Positions 1 to 9,343 of a stretch of 39,900 nucleotides of DNA are shown one piece after another. Under the pieces are notes generated by a model. That model did no database searches, was not told the DNA's origin, and worked only from the letters and a program-made list of their open reading frames with translations. Origin of the DNA: Candidatus Kapaibacterium sp. (lineage in GTDB: Bacteria; Verrucomicrobiota; Verrucomicrobiia; Limisphaerales; UBA9464); NCBI GenBank assembly GCA_044339945.1, contig JBIIUN010000003.1, forward strand, positions 1 through 39,900, in the 5' to 3' direction. A program made the position numbers and the translations under genes. Numbering within the stretch: the stretch's first letter is position 1; each line of letters starts with the position of its first letter.

Positions 1-2
1 TC

Positions 3-503
3 GCCCAGAAGCAGCTCGAACTCTTCAAGAAAAACGGCGTGAACCCCGCCTCCGGCTGCCTGCCCATGCTGGTGCAGTTCCCTGTGTTCATTGGCTTCTT
101 CTTCATGCTCCGCACCGCCATCGAGCTGCGCGGCGAGACATTCCTGTGGGTGAACGACCTGTCCCAGCCCGATACCATCTTCACGATCCCCGGCCTTGGC
201 TTCATCCCGTTCTTCGGCGTCGCCGGCGTCGGTTTGCCGATCAACCTCCTGCCGCTCCTCATGTGTGCCACGTCCCTGTGGATGTCCAGCCTCACGCCGG
301 TTTCGCCGCAGATGGACCCGGCGCAGCAGAAGATGATGAAGTTCATGCCCGTGTTCTTCGTGGTCTTCCTCTACGACTACAGCTCCGGACTGACGCTTTA
401 CTGGACCGTCCAAAACCTGTTGAGTGTGCTCCAGACAAAGCTCACCAAGATGAACGAGGCCAAGGAAATCAAGCCGGCTGCCCCGGTGGCGAAACGCCGC
501 TGA
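3..503 (+). CDS. yidC: Membrane protein insertase YidC, C-terminal part (truncated by window start)
   Basis: Frame is open from position 3 (AQKQLELFKKNGVNPASGCLPMLVQFPVF). It has the YidC motifs GCLP..Q.P, FLW..DLS.PD, DP.Q..MM..MP and SGL.LYW...N. Lies upstream of jag, as is typical. Confidence 0.95.
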   Translation, partial: AQKQLELFKKNGVNPASGCLPMLVQFPVFIGFFFMLRTAIELRGETFLWVNDLSQPDTIFTIPGLGFIPFFGVAGVGLPINLLPLLMCATSLWMSSLTPVSPQMDPAQQKMMKFMPVFFVVFLYDYSSGLTLYWTVQNLLSVLQTKLTKMNEAKEIKPAAPVAKRR

Positions 504-525
504 ACCCTCTTTCCCCCCTTTCCCC

Positions 526-993
526 GTGAAACCCGAATCGCCCAACATCGAACCGAAGGCCGCGCTCCAGGAAATGCTCTCGCAGCTTGGATTTGCGGTC
601 ACCATCACCGAAACCTCGCTGGAGGAGCAGGTCCTGCTCGACATCCAGACCGATGACCCGGGCCGGCTGATCGGCCGGGCGGGCCAGACCCTTTCGGACC
701 TCCAGTTCGTCCTCAACCGCATCGTCTTCAAGAGCGACAGCCGGATTCCCCGGATCGTCCTCGATGTCGGCGGCTACCGCCAGCAGGCGCGTGACCTCCT
801 GACCAGCCGGGCCAAGGAAGCCGCGGAAAAGGTCCGCCGCCGCGGGGAGATCGTGGAGATGGAACCGCTCAACGCCTACGATCGTTACGTCATCCACCAG
901 GCCCTCAAGGAAGACCAGGACGTCGAGACCCACTCCGTGGAAGTCGATGGCAGCGACAAGAAGGTGATCCTCATCCGCCCGAAGCGCCGCTGA
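526..993 (+). CDS. jag: Jag/KhpB (EloR) RNA-binding protein, KH + R3H domains, short form without the N-terminal Jag domain
   Basis: KH motif LIGRAGQTLSDLQ, then LDVGGYR and the R3H motif EPLNAYDRYVIH; yidC-jag synteny. Confidence 0.92.
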   Translation: MKPESPNIEPKAALQEMLSQLGFAVTITETSLEEQVLLDIQTDDPGRLIGRAGQTLSDLQFVLNRIVFKSDSRIPRIVLDVGGYRQQARDLLTSRAKEAAEKVRRRGEIVEMEPLNAYDRYVIHQALKEDQDVETHSVEVDGSDKKVILIRPKRR

Positions 994-1015
994 ACCGGCC
1001 TTTGCCCCTCAATTT

Positions 1016-1048
1016 CGCCCGCTTCCCGTCCCGGGAGGCGGGCGTTTT
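1016..1048 (+). terminator. Rho-independent terminator after jag
   Basis: 13-bp stem CGCCCGCTTCCCG / CGGGAGGCGGGCG (one G-U pair), loop TCC, followed by TTTT. Confidence 0.75.
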
Positions 1049-1128
1049 CGTTCGCGTCGGATGCGGCTTTCCAAAACAAATCCTTGCGGCGCGGCAAACA
1101 CGGCAGCTACACGTCCGCCCACTCTGTC

Positions 1129-3933
1129 ATGGGTAAAGCCCTCATCATCGCGGAAAAACCGTCGGTCGCCGCGGACATCGCCAAGGCCTTGGGCGGCTTC
1201 ACCAAGGACGCCTCGGGCGACTTCTTCGAGAGTCCCACGCACCTGATTTCGTCGGCCGTCGGCCACCTGCTGGAGCTCACCGTGCCGGAGGAATTCGACG
1301 TGGCCCGCGGCAAATGGACCTTCGGCCAGTTGCCGCACCTGCCGCCGCGGTTCGGCCTCAAGCCGATCGAGAAGAGCGAGGGACGGCTGAAGACGCTGGC
1401 CAAGCTGATCAAGCGGAAGGACGTGGACCAACTGATCAACGCCTGCGACGCCGGGCGCGAGGGTGAACTGATCTTCCGCAACATCGTGGCCCATACCGGC
1501 GCCAAGCAGCCCATCCAGCGGCTGTGGCTCCAGTCCATGACCCCGACGGCGATCCGGGATGGCTTTGCGAAACTGCGGTCCGGCACCGAGTTGCAGCCGC
1601 TCGCGGACGCCTCGAAGTGCCGCAGCGAGGCGGACTGGCTCGTGGGCATCAACGGCACCCGGGCGATGACCGCCTTCAACAACAAGTCCGGCGGCTTCTA
1701 CCTGACGACGGTGGGCCGGGTGCAGACGCCGACGCTGGCGATCGTGGTGGAGCGCGAGGCGAAGATTAAGAAGTTTGTGCCGCGCGAATACTGGGAGGTG
1801 CTTGGCACGTTCCAGGGCGAACGCGGCACCTACACTGGGCGGTGGTTTGACGAAGGTTTCCGGAAGGCGGACGGCAAGGAGGCCGACGCCGAACAGAAGG
1901 CGGAACGCCTGTGGGACAAGGCGCGGGCCGAGACGATTGGGGCGCGCTGCCAGGGCAAACCCGGGATCGTGACCGAGGAGACGAAGCCGGCGACGCAACT
2001 TTCGCCCCTGCTGTATGACCTGACGACGTTGCAGCGCGAGGCCAACGGCCGGTTCGGCTTCAGCGCGAAGAACACCTTGGCGATCGCCCAGGCGCTCTAC
2101 GAAAAGCACAAGGTGCTGACCTATCCCCGAACCGACTCGCGGCACCTGCCGGAAGATTACCCGGCCACGGTGAAGAAGACGCTGGAGTCGCTGGGCGACA
2201 CGGTTTACGCGCCGTTTGCCCAGAAGATCCTGGGCGAGGGCTGGGTGCGGCCGAACAAGCGGATCTTCAACAACGCGAAGGTCAGCGATCACTTTGCGAT
2301 CATCCCGACCGGCGTGGTGCCGAAGGGCCTTTCCGAGGCCGAGCAAAAGCTGTTCGACCTCGTGACCCGGCGGTTCCTGTCGGTGTTCTATCCGGCGGCG
2401 GAGTTCCTCGAAACCGTCCGCATCACGCGGGTCGAGAACGAGCCGTTCAAGAGCGTGGGCAAGGTGCTCGTGAAGCCGGGTTGGCTGGAAGTTTACGGCA
2501 AGGAAGCCCAGACCGACGACGATACGCCGAGCCTCGCCCCGGTCTCGCAGGGCGAACGCGTGGCGACGACGAACATCGAGGTCAAGCACAGCACCACCAA
2601 ACCACCGCCGCGCTACACCGAGGCCACGCTGCTCAGCGCGATGGAAGGCGCCGGCAAGCTGGTGGACGACGAGGAACTGCGCGAGGCGATGAGCGAACGC
2701 GGCCTCGGCACGCCGGCGACGCGCGCGGCGATCATCGAGGGGCTCATCAACGAGGAATACATCCACCGGCACGCCCGCGAACTCGTGGCGACGGCGAAGG
2801 CCTTCATGCTCGTCCAGTTGCTCAACGGACTGGGGGTGATGGAGCTGACCAAACCCGAGATGACCGGCGACTGGGAATTTCAGCTCAAGAAGATGGAGCG
2901 CGGCCAGCTCGGCCGGGAACAGTTCATGGGCGAGATCCGGCACTTCACCGCCGAGATCGTGGCCAAGGCCAAGCAGTTCGACAAAGATACCATTCCCGGC
3001 GACTTCGGCGTGCTTGCCGTGCCCTGCCCGAAGTGCGGGGGCGAGGTGCAGGAGAAATACCGCGAGTTCAAGTGCCAGGCGTGCGACTTCGCGATGCGGA
3101 AGATTCTCTCCGGCCGCATGTTCGAGCCGGCGGAAGTCGAGACGCTGATCCGCGACAAACAGATCGGGCCGCTGCAAGGGTTTCGCAGCCAGAAGGGCTT
3201 CCCGTTTGCGGCGGTGATCAAGCTGAACGCCGAGTTCCGCGGCGAGTTCGACTTCGGCAACGACTCCAAGGACGGCGAAAACGGCGAGGGCGCCCAGGCC
3301 CCGGATTTCAGCGGCAAGGAACCGGTCGGCAAGTGCCCGAAGTGCGCCGCGCGCGTGTTCGAGAACGGCATGAACTACGTCTGCGAGAAGGCGGTCGGGC
3401 CGGGCAAGACGTGCGATTTCAAGACCGGCGTGCTGATCCTCCAGCAGCCCATCGACAAGATGCAGGTCGGCAAGCTGCTCGCGGAAGGGAAGACCGACGT
3501 GCTGAAGGGCTTCGTCTCCAAGCGCACCAACCGGAAGTTCGACGCCTTCCTCACGCTCAAGGGCGGCGAGGTGAAGTTCGAGTTTCCGCCGCGCGAAAAG
3601 AAGGCCGGCGCCAAGACCCGCGAACCCGCGGCCAAGGTGGATTTCACGGGGCAGACCTCGCTCGGCAAATGCCCCAAGTGCGGCGGACAGGTGTTTGAGG
3701 GGCCGACCGACTACCTCTGTGAGCACAGCCAGCGCGACGCCAAGCGGTGCCTGTTCAAGACCGGGAAAGTCATCCTGCAACAACCCGTCGAGCGGGAACA
3801 GGTCAGCAAGCTGCTGGCAAAGGGCAAGACCGACCCGCTGACCAAGTTCATCAGCAAGGCGGGCAAGCCTTTCACCGCCCACCTCCGGCTCGCCGAGAAG
3901 GGCAAGGTGGAGTTCGAGTTCCCGGAAAGCTGA
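1129..3933 (+). CDS. topB: DNA topoisomerase III (type IA) with C-terminal Zn-ribbon/Toprim C-repeats
   Basis: ATG at 1129 gives MGKALIIAEKPSVA (Toprim). Motifs NACDAGREGE, VGRVQTPTL, catalytic LTYPRTDS, HFAIIPT and GLGTPATRA are present. The C-terminal tail has three CPKC modules. Confidence 0.95.
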   Translation: MGKALIIAEKPSVAADIAKALGGFTKDASGDFFESPTHLISSAVGHLLELTVPEEFDVARGKWTFGQLPHLPPRFGLKPIEKSEGRLKTLAKLIKRKDVDQLINACDAGREGELIFRNIVAHTGAKQPIQRLWLQSMTPTAIRDGFAKLRSGTELQPLADASKCRSEADWLVGINGTRAMTAFNNKSGGFYLTTVGRVQTPTLAIVVEREAKIKKFVPREYWEVLGTFQGERGTYTGRWFDEGFRKADGKEADAEQKAERLWDKARAETIGARCQGKPGIVTEETKPATQLSPLLYDLTTLQREANGRFGFSAKNTLAIAQALYEKHKVLTYPRTDSRHLPEDYPATVKKTLESLGDTVYAPFAQKILGEGWVRPNKRIFNNAKVSDHFAIIPTGVVPKGLSEAEQKLFDLVTRRFLSVFYPAAEFLETVRITRVENEPFKSVGKVLVKPGWLEVYGKEAQTDDDTPSLAPVSQGERVATTNIEVKHSTTKPPPRYTEATLLSAMEGAGKLVDDEELREAMSERGLGTPATRAAIIEGLINEEYIHRHARELVATAKAFMLVQLLNGLGVMELTKPEMTGDWEFQLKKMERGQLGREQFMGEIRHFTAEIVAKAKQFDKDTIPGDFGVLAVPCPKCGGEVQEKYREFKCQACDFAMRKILSGRMFEPAEVETLIRDKQIGPLQGFRSQKGFPFAAVIKLNAEFRGEFDFGNDSKDGENGEGAQAPDFSGKEPVGKCPKCAARVFENGMNYVCEKAVGPGKTCDFKTGVLILQQPIDKMQVGKLLAEGKTDVLKGFVSKRTNRKFDAFLTLKGGEVKFEFPPREKKAGAKTREPAAKVDFTGQTSLGKCPKCGGQVFEGPTDYLCEHSQRDAKRCLFKTGKVILQQPVEREQVSKLLAKGKTDPLTKFISKAGKPFTAHLRLAEKGKVEFEFPES

Positions 3934-3967
3934 CGCGGAAGCTCAGTCGCGAAGGCGGACCAATTTC

Positions 3968-3999
3968 AAGGCCCAGAACCCAGCCGGTTTTTGGGCCTT
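3968..3999. terminator. Hairpin between convergent topB and kinase genes, probably a terminator
   Basis: AAGGCCCAGAACC-cagcc-GGTTTTTGGGCCTT inverted repeat in the 90-bp convergent gap. Confidence 0.55.
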
Positions 4000-4023
4000 G
4001 CCGTTTCGGCCAATCGCTTGCGG

Positions 4024-5280
4024 TCAGGCCGGCAGATACAACGTCACGCAGGTTCCGCGGCCGGGAACGGTGGTGAAGTGCAGCGCGGCGCGGGTTTCGA
4101 GCACGGCGCGATAGACGACCGGCAACCCCAGACCGGTGCCCTCGCCGCTGGGCTTGGTGGTCAGGCTTTCCCGGAACAGCCGCGGAACCAAGTCGGCGGG
4201 AACGCCCGGGCCGTCGTCCCGGACGGCGATGGCGACGAACGGCGGCTGGTTCAGGAAATTGTCCCGCAGCCAGAAGGAGAGCCCGCCGCCGGGGGTGGGC
4301 GTGACAGCCGGCAGCGCGTCCCGGACGGTCCAGCACTCGATGTCCACGCGGTGGGGGCGGCCGGATGCCTGGAGCGCGTTGAGGCCGAGATTGCTGATCA
4401 TCCGGAACACGTCCGCGGCGCTGGCCTGGAGCAGGACCGGGGCAAGCGGCGGTTGGACGCGCAGCTGGTGGCCCTTGGCGGAACGGTGCGAGCGCAGCAG
4501 GTGGCCCAGGTCCTCCAGCACGGCCTTGGCATCGCACCGATCCTGGTCCTGGTTCCGCCGGAGCAGCCGCATGCTGCGCCGGGAAATCTCGATGGCCATC
4601 AGGCTCTGGTGCCTGAGGTCCAGCAGCAGTTCCTGGAACTGCTGGTTGGCCATCCGGACGCCGGTCAACGTCTGGGAAAGTTCGAGGGAAAGCGTCTCCG
4701 CCAGCGAGCTGATCACCGTGAGCGAGCCGTTCAGGTCGTGCAGGGCGCCGGCGTAGATGTCCCGTTCCATCCGGAAGGACTCAGCCTGGTGGGCCTGCTG
4801 CTCCAGCAGGGCCTGGTGCTCCCGTTCTTCGCGCCGGACTTCGGCCCGGGCACTGGCCTGGAGGACCAGCTCCCGGAGAACTGACACCTCAAACGGCTTC
4901 CGTAGGGCGGCAAAGATTTCGTCGTGCGCGGTCCGGGTGGTCAGGTCCAACGAAGGATCGGTGCCGAGCAGGATGGTCTGGGCCTCGGGCTGCAGGTGGT
5001 GAACACGCTGGGCCAACTCCCAGCCGGACATGCCGGGCAGGTGTCCGTCCACGATGACGACGTCGTGTCGCGCTTGGCCGAGGAATTCCAGGGCCGCGGC
5101 GCCGGAATCGCAGGCGCTGACCGCGAAGTCGTTCTGGAAAATCTGTTCCATGGCCTGCCGCACCAGCGGGTCGGCCTCGACGAGCAGCAATCCGGGCCGG
5201 CGGGCAGAGGCGACGGCGGCGCCGGCTGCCGGGCGGAGGTCCCGCCCGGCCGCGGGCGCGGTCTGCATTGGAGGATTCAT
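4024..5280 (-). CDS. Hybrid response regulator (receiver) - histidine kinase
   Basis: ATG at 5280 overlaps the upstream TGA (ATGA). REC: VIVDGHLPGMSG ... RKPF, with an atypical acidic pair LLLVEAD. H-box ALHDLNGSL, N-box NLGLNALQA, G1 DDGPGV, G2 GTGLGL. Confidence 0.85.
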   Translation of the reverse strand: MNPPMQTAPAAGRDLRPAAGAAVASARRPGLLLVEADPLVRQAMEQIFQNDFAVSACDSGAAALEFLGQARHDVVIVDGHLPGMSGWELAQRVHHLQPEAQTILLGTDPSLDLTTRTAHDEIFAALRKPFEVSVLRELVLQASARAEVRREEREHQALLEQQAHQAESFRMERDIYAGALHDLNGSLTVISSLAETLSLELSQTLTGVRMANQQFQELLLDLRHQSLMAIEISRRSMRLLRRNQDQDRCDAKAVLEDLGHLLRSHRSAKGHQLRVQPPLAPVLLQASAADVFRMISNLGLNALQASGRPHRVDIECWTVRDALPAVTPTPGGGLSFWLRDNFLNQPPFVAIAVRDDGPGVPADLVPRLFRESLTTKPSGEGTGLGLPVVYRAVLETRAALHFTTVPGRGTCVTLYLPA

Positions 5281-6542
5281 GACGTGGAGAGCAATTTTTC
5301 CCAAAGCCGCTCGTTGGTCATCAGGCGGGCGAGGAAGTCGCCGCCCTTCTCCGTGACGGATCCTTCCAGACGGTCGAGCGGCAGCCGGATGCTGTAGCGG
5401 AGGCCCCCCTCAGGGCGAGCCTGGACTTCGATCCGGCCGCCGTGGTGGTGCACGATGAAGAACGACGCCATCAGGCCGATGCCGAAGTCATTGGGTTGGT
5501 CGGTGCGGGTGAAGAACGGGTCGAACACCGACCGGAGGGCCTCCTCGGGCAGGCCGGGGCCATTGTCGCTCAGGGACAGTTCCAGTTCGGCCGGGGCGGT
5601 GGCCGAGGCGTCCACGGAGCGGGCATCGAGTTCGAGGATGTGCCCGGACTGGAGGTTGTTCAGTTCCTCGCGCAGCAGCAGTTCGAACATCCGGGGGAAT
5701 CGCTCGCCGTCGACCTTCAGCTTGGGCAGCCCCGCTGGCACCCGGTTGATGACGGTGATTCCCTTGGCCCGGAATGCGTCCCGGAGCCCATCGAGGGCCG
5801 TGCCCAGCAACGCCGCGGCATCGACCTCATGGCGGGGCAGGGGGGCCGGCGGTTCCGTGAACTGCGTGACGCCGTCGAGCACCTCGATGACGGCCTTGAG
5901 GCGACCCTGCACCTTGCTGTGGAAGTCGTGCCAGAAGCTGGGGTGCTGGAGCCGGTCGAGGTCCAGCCGCTCGCGGTGCAGCATCTCGGGCGTGAGCTCG
6001 AGGAACGTGCGCACCGCGGCCATCGAATTGCGGAGGTTGTGGCTGAGGCCCGAAGCCATCACGCCGAGGCCGAGCACCCGGTCGGTGATGACCATCTTGT
6101 GGAGGACCGAAAGTTTCTCGCGGAGCAGCGCGTCGCGTTCGCGCTGGAGCAGGAAGAATTCGAGCGCCCGCTTGATGGTGATCTCGAGCGAGTCGAAGTC
6201 GAACGGCTTGGAAACGTATTTGTAGATGGCGCCGCTGTTGATGGCGGCGACCGCGGCGTCCATGTCCGTGTAGGCCGTGGCCAGCATCCGGATGATGCGG
6301 GGCTGGAGCTTGCGGGCCTGTTCCAGCAACTGGACGCCCTGCATGCCGGGCATGCGTTGGTCGGAGATGATCACCCCCAGCTCGTCCTGGTGCTCCCGGA
6401 GCAGGCGGAGGCCCTCCTCGCCGCTCGGCGCGGTGAGCAGCCGGAGGTTCGGGGCCAGGATCTTGGTCACGTTCCGCAGCGACTTCTCCTCGTCGTCCAC
6501 GTAGAGGACGGCGAAGCGTTTGTAGTCGTAGGTGGGTTCCAT
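5277..6542 (-). CDS. Receiver + degenerate histidine-kinase protein, PhcQ/PhcR-like
   Basis: Start ATG 6542 (MEPTYDYKRF); the longer ORF-track start lies inside the upstream gene. Canonical REC (YVDDE, ISDQRMPG, ATAY, SKPF). H-box SHNLRNS, G1 DNGPGL, F-box FDPFFT, G2 GIGL, but no canonical N-box (FELLLREE). Confidence 0.85.
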   Translation of the reverse strand: MEPTYDYKRFAVLYVDDEEKSLRNVTKILAPNLRLLTAPSGEEGLRLLREHQDELGVIISDQRMPGMQGVQLLEQARKLQPRIIRMLATAYTDMDAAVAAINSGAIYKYVSKPFDFDSLEITIKRALEFFLLQRERDALLREKLSVLHKMVITDRVLGLGVMASGLSHNLRNSMAAVRTFLELTPEMLHRERLDLDRLQHPSFWHDFHSKVQGRLKAVIEVLDGVTQFTEPPAPLPRHEVDAAALLGTALDGLRDAFRAKGITVINRVPAGLPKLKVDGERFPRMFELLLREELNNLQSGHILELDARSVDASATAPAELELSLSDNGPGLPEEALRSVFDPFFTRTDQPNDFGIGLMASFFIVHHHGGRIEVQARPEGGLRYSIRLPLDRLEGSVTEKGGDFLARLMTNERLWEKLLSTS

Positions 6543-6562
6543 TTGAACTGGTTTCGAGGGTT

Positions 6563-9343
6563 CTACACTTGGGAATCCGCGGCAAACTCCAAAACAAACT
6601 CGCAGAATTCGCCCGGCCGGCTGTTCACGCGGATCCGCCCGCCGGATTCCTCCATGATGCGGTAGCAGATGCTCAGCCCGAGGCCCATGCCGGACCCGAC
6701 CGCCTTGGTGGTGAAGAAGGGGTCGAAGATCCGTGACAGGAGGTCGGCCGGGATGCCGGGGCCGTTGTCGCGGACCGAGATGAAGGGCACGGCGCCCGCG
6801 AGGCCGGCCCGCACCCGGACCTCGCCCGGCGGCGCGTCGGCCGGGCGTGCCTTGAGGGCGTCGAGCGAGTTTTGGATCAGGTTGATCAGCACCTGGAGCA
6901 ACTGGTTGGCGTTGGCCCGCACGGAGAGGCCATCGGGCACATCCAGTGACAACTTGACCCGCTCGTTGAGCTCCGCCGCGAAAAGCCGGGGCAGGCGGTT
7001 GAGCGTTTCCCGGGCTGAAATCGCCTCGACCGGGCCGCCGTGGCTGTGGGTGAAGGAGCGAAGATCGGCCACGATGTTGGAAACCCGCTTCAAGCCGTCC
7101 TCGGCATCCGCGACGGATTCCTTGAAGTCCGCCTGTTCGTCGGCGGGGAGCTGGGGGGCGGCCCGGCGGATCAGCACCATCGCGCCGAGGGCGTAATTCA
7201 GCGGGTTGTTGATCTCGTGGATGATGCCGGCGCACAGCCGCCCGAGGGAGGCCAGCTTCTCCGTCTGGACGAGCTGCGTCTCGGTTTCCTTGAGCTGTTC
7301 GAGGGCGGTTTCGAGGCGGCGGTTCTGCCAGCTCAGTTCCTTCTGGAGCTGGTGGGAGTCCACCAGGTTCTTCAGCCGCAGCCGGAGTTCCTGGGACGAA
7401 AAGGGCTTGGGCAGGAAGTCGCTGGCGCCCGCGGCGAGGGCTTGGAGCTTCGTTTCCTCGTCCGCCCGCGCGGTCAGCATCAAGAACGGCTGGGACCGGG
7501 TGGCGGCCTGCTTCCGCAGCTCGCGGCAGACGCTGAGGCCGTCGCGTCCCGGCATCATCATGTCACAGACCATGATCTCCGGCAGCATCTGGGTGGCGAG
7601 GCTGAGCGCCTGGTTGCCGTCCACCGCCTCGATGACCTCGTAGTCCTCGGCGAGCTGGCTCTTCAGGAAGCGCAGCATGTCCGGTTCGTCGTCGGCGAGC
7701 AGCAGCTTCGGACGCCGGCGGTTGCCGGCCGCGGGAGTCCAAGGGCGCAGCGAATCCTTCAGCGGGGCGATGCCGGAGAACATTTCGGCGCGCCGGTAGA
7801 GGCCTTCCAACCAGGCATCCTTGGGTTCCGCGGGCTGGGCGGTGGCGGCGGCGTCGGTGGCGGCCACGGCCTTGGATTCCGCCACCGCGGCGACCTCGGC
7901 CGACGTGGCCAGGGGCAGGCGCACGATCATGGTGGTGCCCCGGCCCAAGGTGCTTTCCGCGCCGACGGACCCGCCGTGGGCCTCCACCAGCTCCTTCACC
8001 AGCGACAAGCCGATGCCGGCGCCCTGGAACTTGCGCTGGGTGGAGGAATCGGCCTGCCAGAAGCGGTCGAAGATGAACGGCAACTGCTGCGGGTTGATGC
8101 CCATGCCGGTGTCCCGCACGGCGATGACGGCGAGGGCGCCCTCGCGGTGCGCGTGGATGGCCACCTCGCCGCCGGCCGGGGTGAACTTCACCGCGTTGAA
8201 GAGCAGGTTCAGGAACACCTTCTCCAGCTTGTCGGCGTCGCCCAGCAGATGCGCCACGTCGTCGGCCACCTGACATTGAAGACGCAGCCCCTTCTCGTCG
8301 GCGACGCCCCGCAGGGCCCGGAGCAGGCCCCTGAGGAAGTCCGCGGCGGGCACCGGCGCGGGTTGCAGCTTGAGGGTGCCGGAGTCCAGGCGGACGAGTT
8401 CGAGCAGGTCGTTGATCAGCTTCAGCAGGCGCATGCCGTTGCTGTGCATCGTGTCGAGGTGCTCGCGGACGGCCGGTTCGGCCAGCGAGGCGTGGCTGCC
8501 GCGGAAGGTTTCCAGCGGGGCGATCAGCAGGGTGAGCGGCGTCCGGAGCTCGTGGCTGATGTTGGCGAAGAAGCGGCCCTTGGACTCGTCGAGTTCCCGG
8601 AGCCGGTTGTTGGTCTGTTCGAGGTCCTGCTCGCGGAGCTTCAGCTCGAGGTTCGAGCTTTCGAGCTTGTGCTGGCTGGACTGGAGGCTGCGGTTGGTTT
8701 CGGCGAGCCGTTGCTCGCTCAGCTTCAACTCCTCCCGCGCGATGAATTCCCGGCGGCGCAGGCGATTGAAGAACACGTTGCCGGTCACCACGATGATGCC
8801 GGTCAGGGTCAGGAAGTAGAGGTTGTTGAAACCGTCGCCCGCCCGGAACGCGCCGCCGTGGACGACGCAGGCAATCACGTAGAACGCGACGATCAGGCCG
8901 CTGACCACGAGGGATTCCACCAGGTTCCAGTGGACCACCACGTTCACGGCCAGGAGCACGAGGTTCAGCCCGGCGTAGTAGGGGGAATCCCAGCCGTCGG
9001 TCTTGGCGATCATGACCGCGATGAACGCGGACGGGATCAGCGCCAGGGTGGGGCCGATGATCCGCGCGTAGCGTTCCCCGCGCGGCACGCGGAGCACCGC
9101 CCAGAGGCCCAGCGCGAGCGCCGAACTGATGAGCCGCAGGATGAGGAATTCCCCGACTTTGCCATCACTGCCGTAGACTAGGAAATCTAGCGACACGCCG
9201 GCCGGCATGAGCACCGCGATGAGCAGCGCGCCCACCTTGCCCATGCGCACCCGCTGGACCTGTTCGTCCGCGGCGAAGGCGTCGCGGAGCCCCGGATCGC
9301 GGGCCAGCAGGTCGTCAGGCGATTCCTGGCTTGCGGACTTCAA
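6563..9343 (-). CDS. Membrane hybrid sensor kinase: multi-TM sensor - HisKA/HATPase - REC - HisKA/HATPase (PhcS-like, expanded)
   Basis: About 6 hydrophobic segments, then a coiled coil. First kinase: FANISHELRTPL, NAVKF, DTGMG, GAGIGL. REC: LADDE, CDMMMP, PKPF. Second kinase: GIIHEINNPL, NLIQNS, DNGPG, GMGLGL. The TTG start at 9343 is uncertain. Confidence 0.9.
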   Translation of the reverse strand: MKSASQESPDDLLARDPGLRDAFAADEQVQRVRMGKVGALLIAVLMPAGVSLDFLVYGSDGKVGEFLILRLISSALALGLWAVLRVPRGERYARIIGPTLALIPSAFIAVMIAKTDGWDSPYYAGLNLVLLAVNVVVHWNLVESLVVSGLIVAFYVIACVVHGGAFRAGDGFNNLYFLTLTGIIVVTGNVFFNRLRRREFIAREELKLSEQRLAETNRSLQSSQHKLESSNLELKLREQDLEQTNNRLRELDESKGRFFANISHELRTPLTLLIAPLETFRGSHASLAEPAVREHLDTMHSNGMRLLKLINDLLELVRLDSGTLKLQPAPVPAADFLRGLLRALRGVADEKGLRLQCQVADDVAHLLGDADKLEKVFLNLLFNAVKFTPAGGEVAIHAHREGALAVIAVRDTGMGINPQQLPFIFDRFWQADSSTQRKFQGAGIGLSLVKELVEAHGGSVGAESTLGRGTTMIVRLPLATSAEVAAVAESKAVAATDAAATAQPAEPKDAWLEGLYRRAEMFSGIAPLKDSLRPWTPAAGNRRRPKLLLADDEPDMLRFLKSQLAEDYEVIEAVDGNQALSLATQMLPEIMVCDMMMPGRDGLSVCRELRKQAATRSQPFLMLTARADEETKLQALAAGASDFLPKPFSSQELRLRLKNLVDSHQLQKELSWQNRRLETALEQLKETETQLVQTEKLASLGRLCAGIIHEINNPLNYALGAMVLIRRAAPQLPADEQADFKESVADAEDGLKRVSNIVADLRSFTHSHGGPVEAISARETLNRLPRLFAAELNERVKLSLDVPDGLSVRANANQLLQVLINLIQNSLDALKARPADAPPGEVRVRAGLAGAVPFISVRDNGPGIPADLLSRIFDPFFTTKAVGSGMGLGLSICYRIMEESGGRIRVNSRPGEFCEFVLEFAADSQV

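Noticed and set aside
1009-3882. 957-aa minus-strand ORF antisense to topB
   Set aside because: Shadow ORF caused by high-GC codon bias; no motifs, and it overlaps an unambiguous gene.
6543-7235. 231-aa N-terminal extension of the 5277-7235 ORF
   Set aside because: Lies almost entirely within the upstream kinase gene in another frame; the receiver domain begins at ATG 6542.
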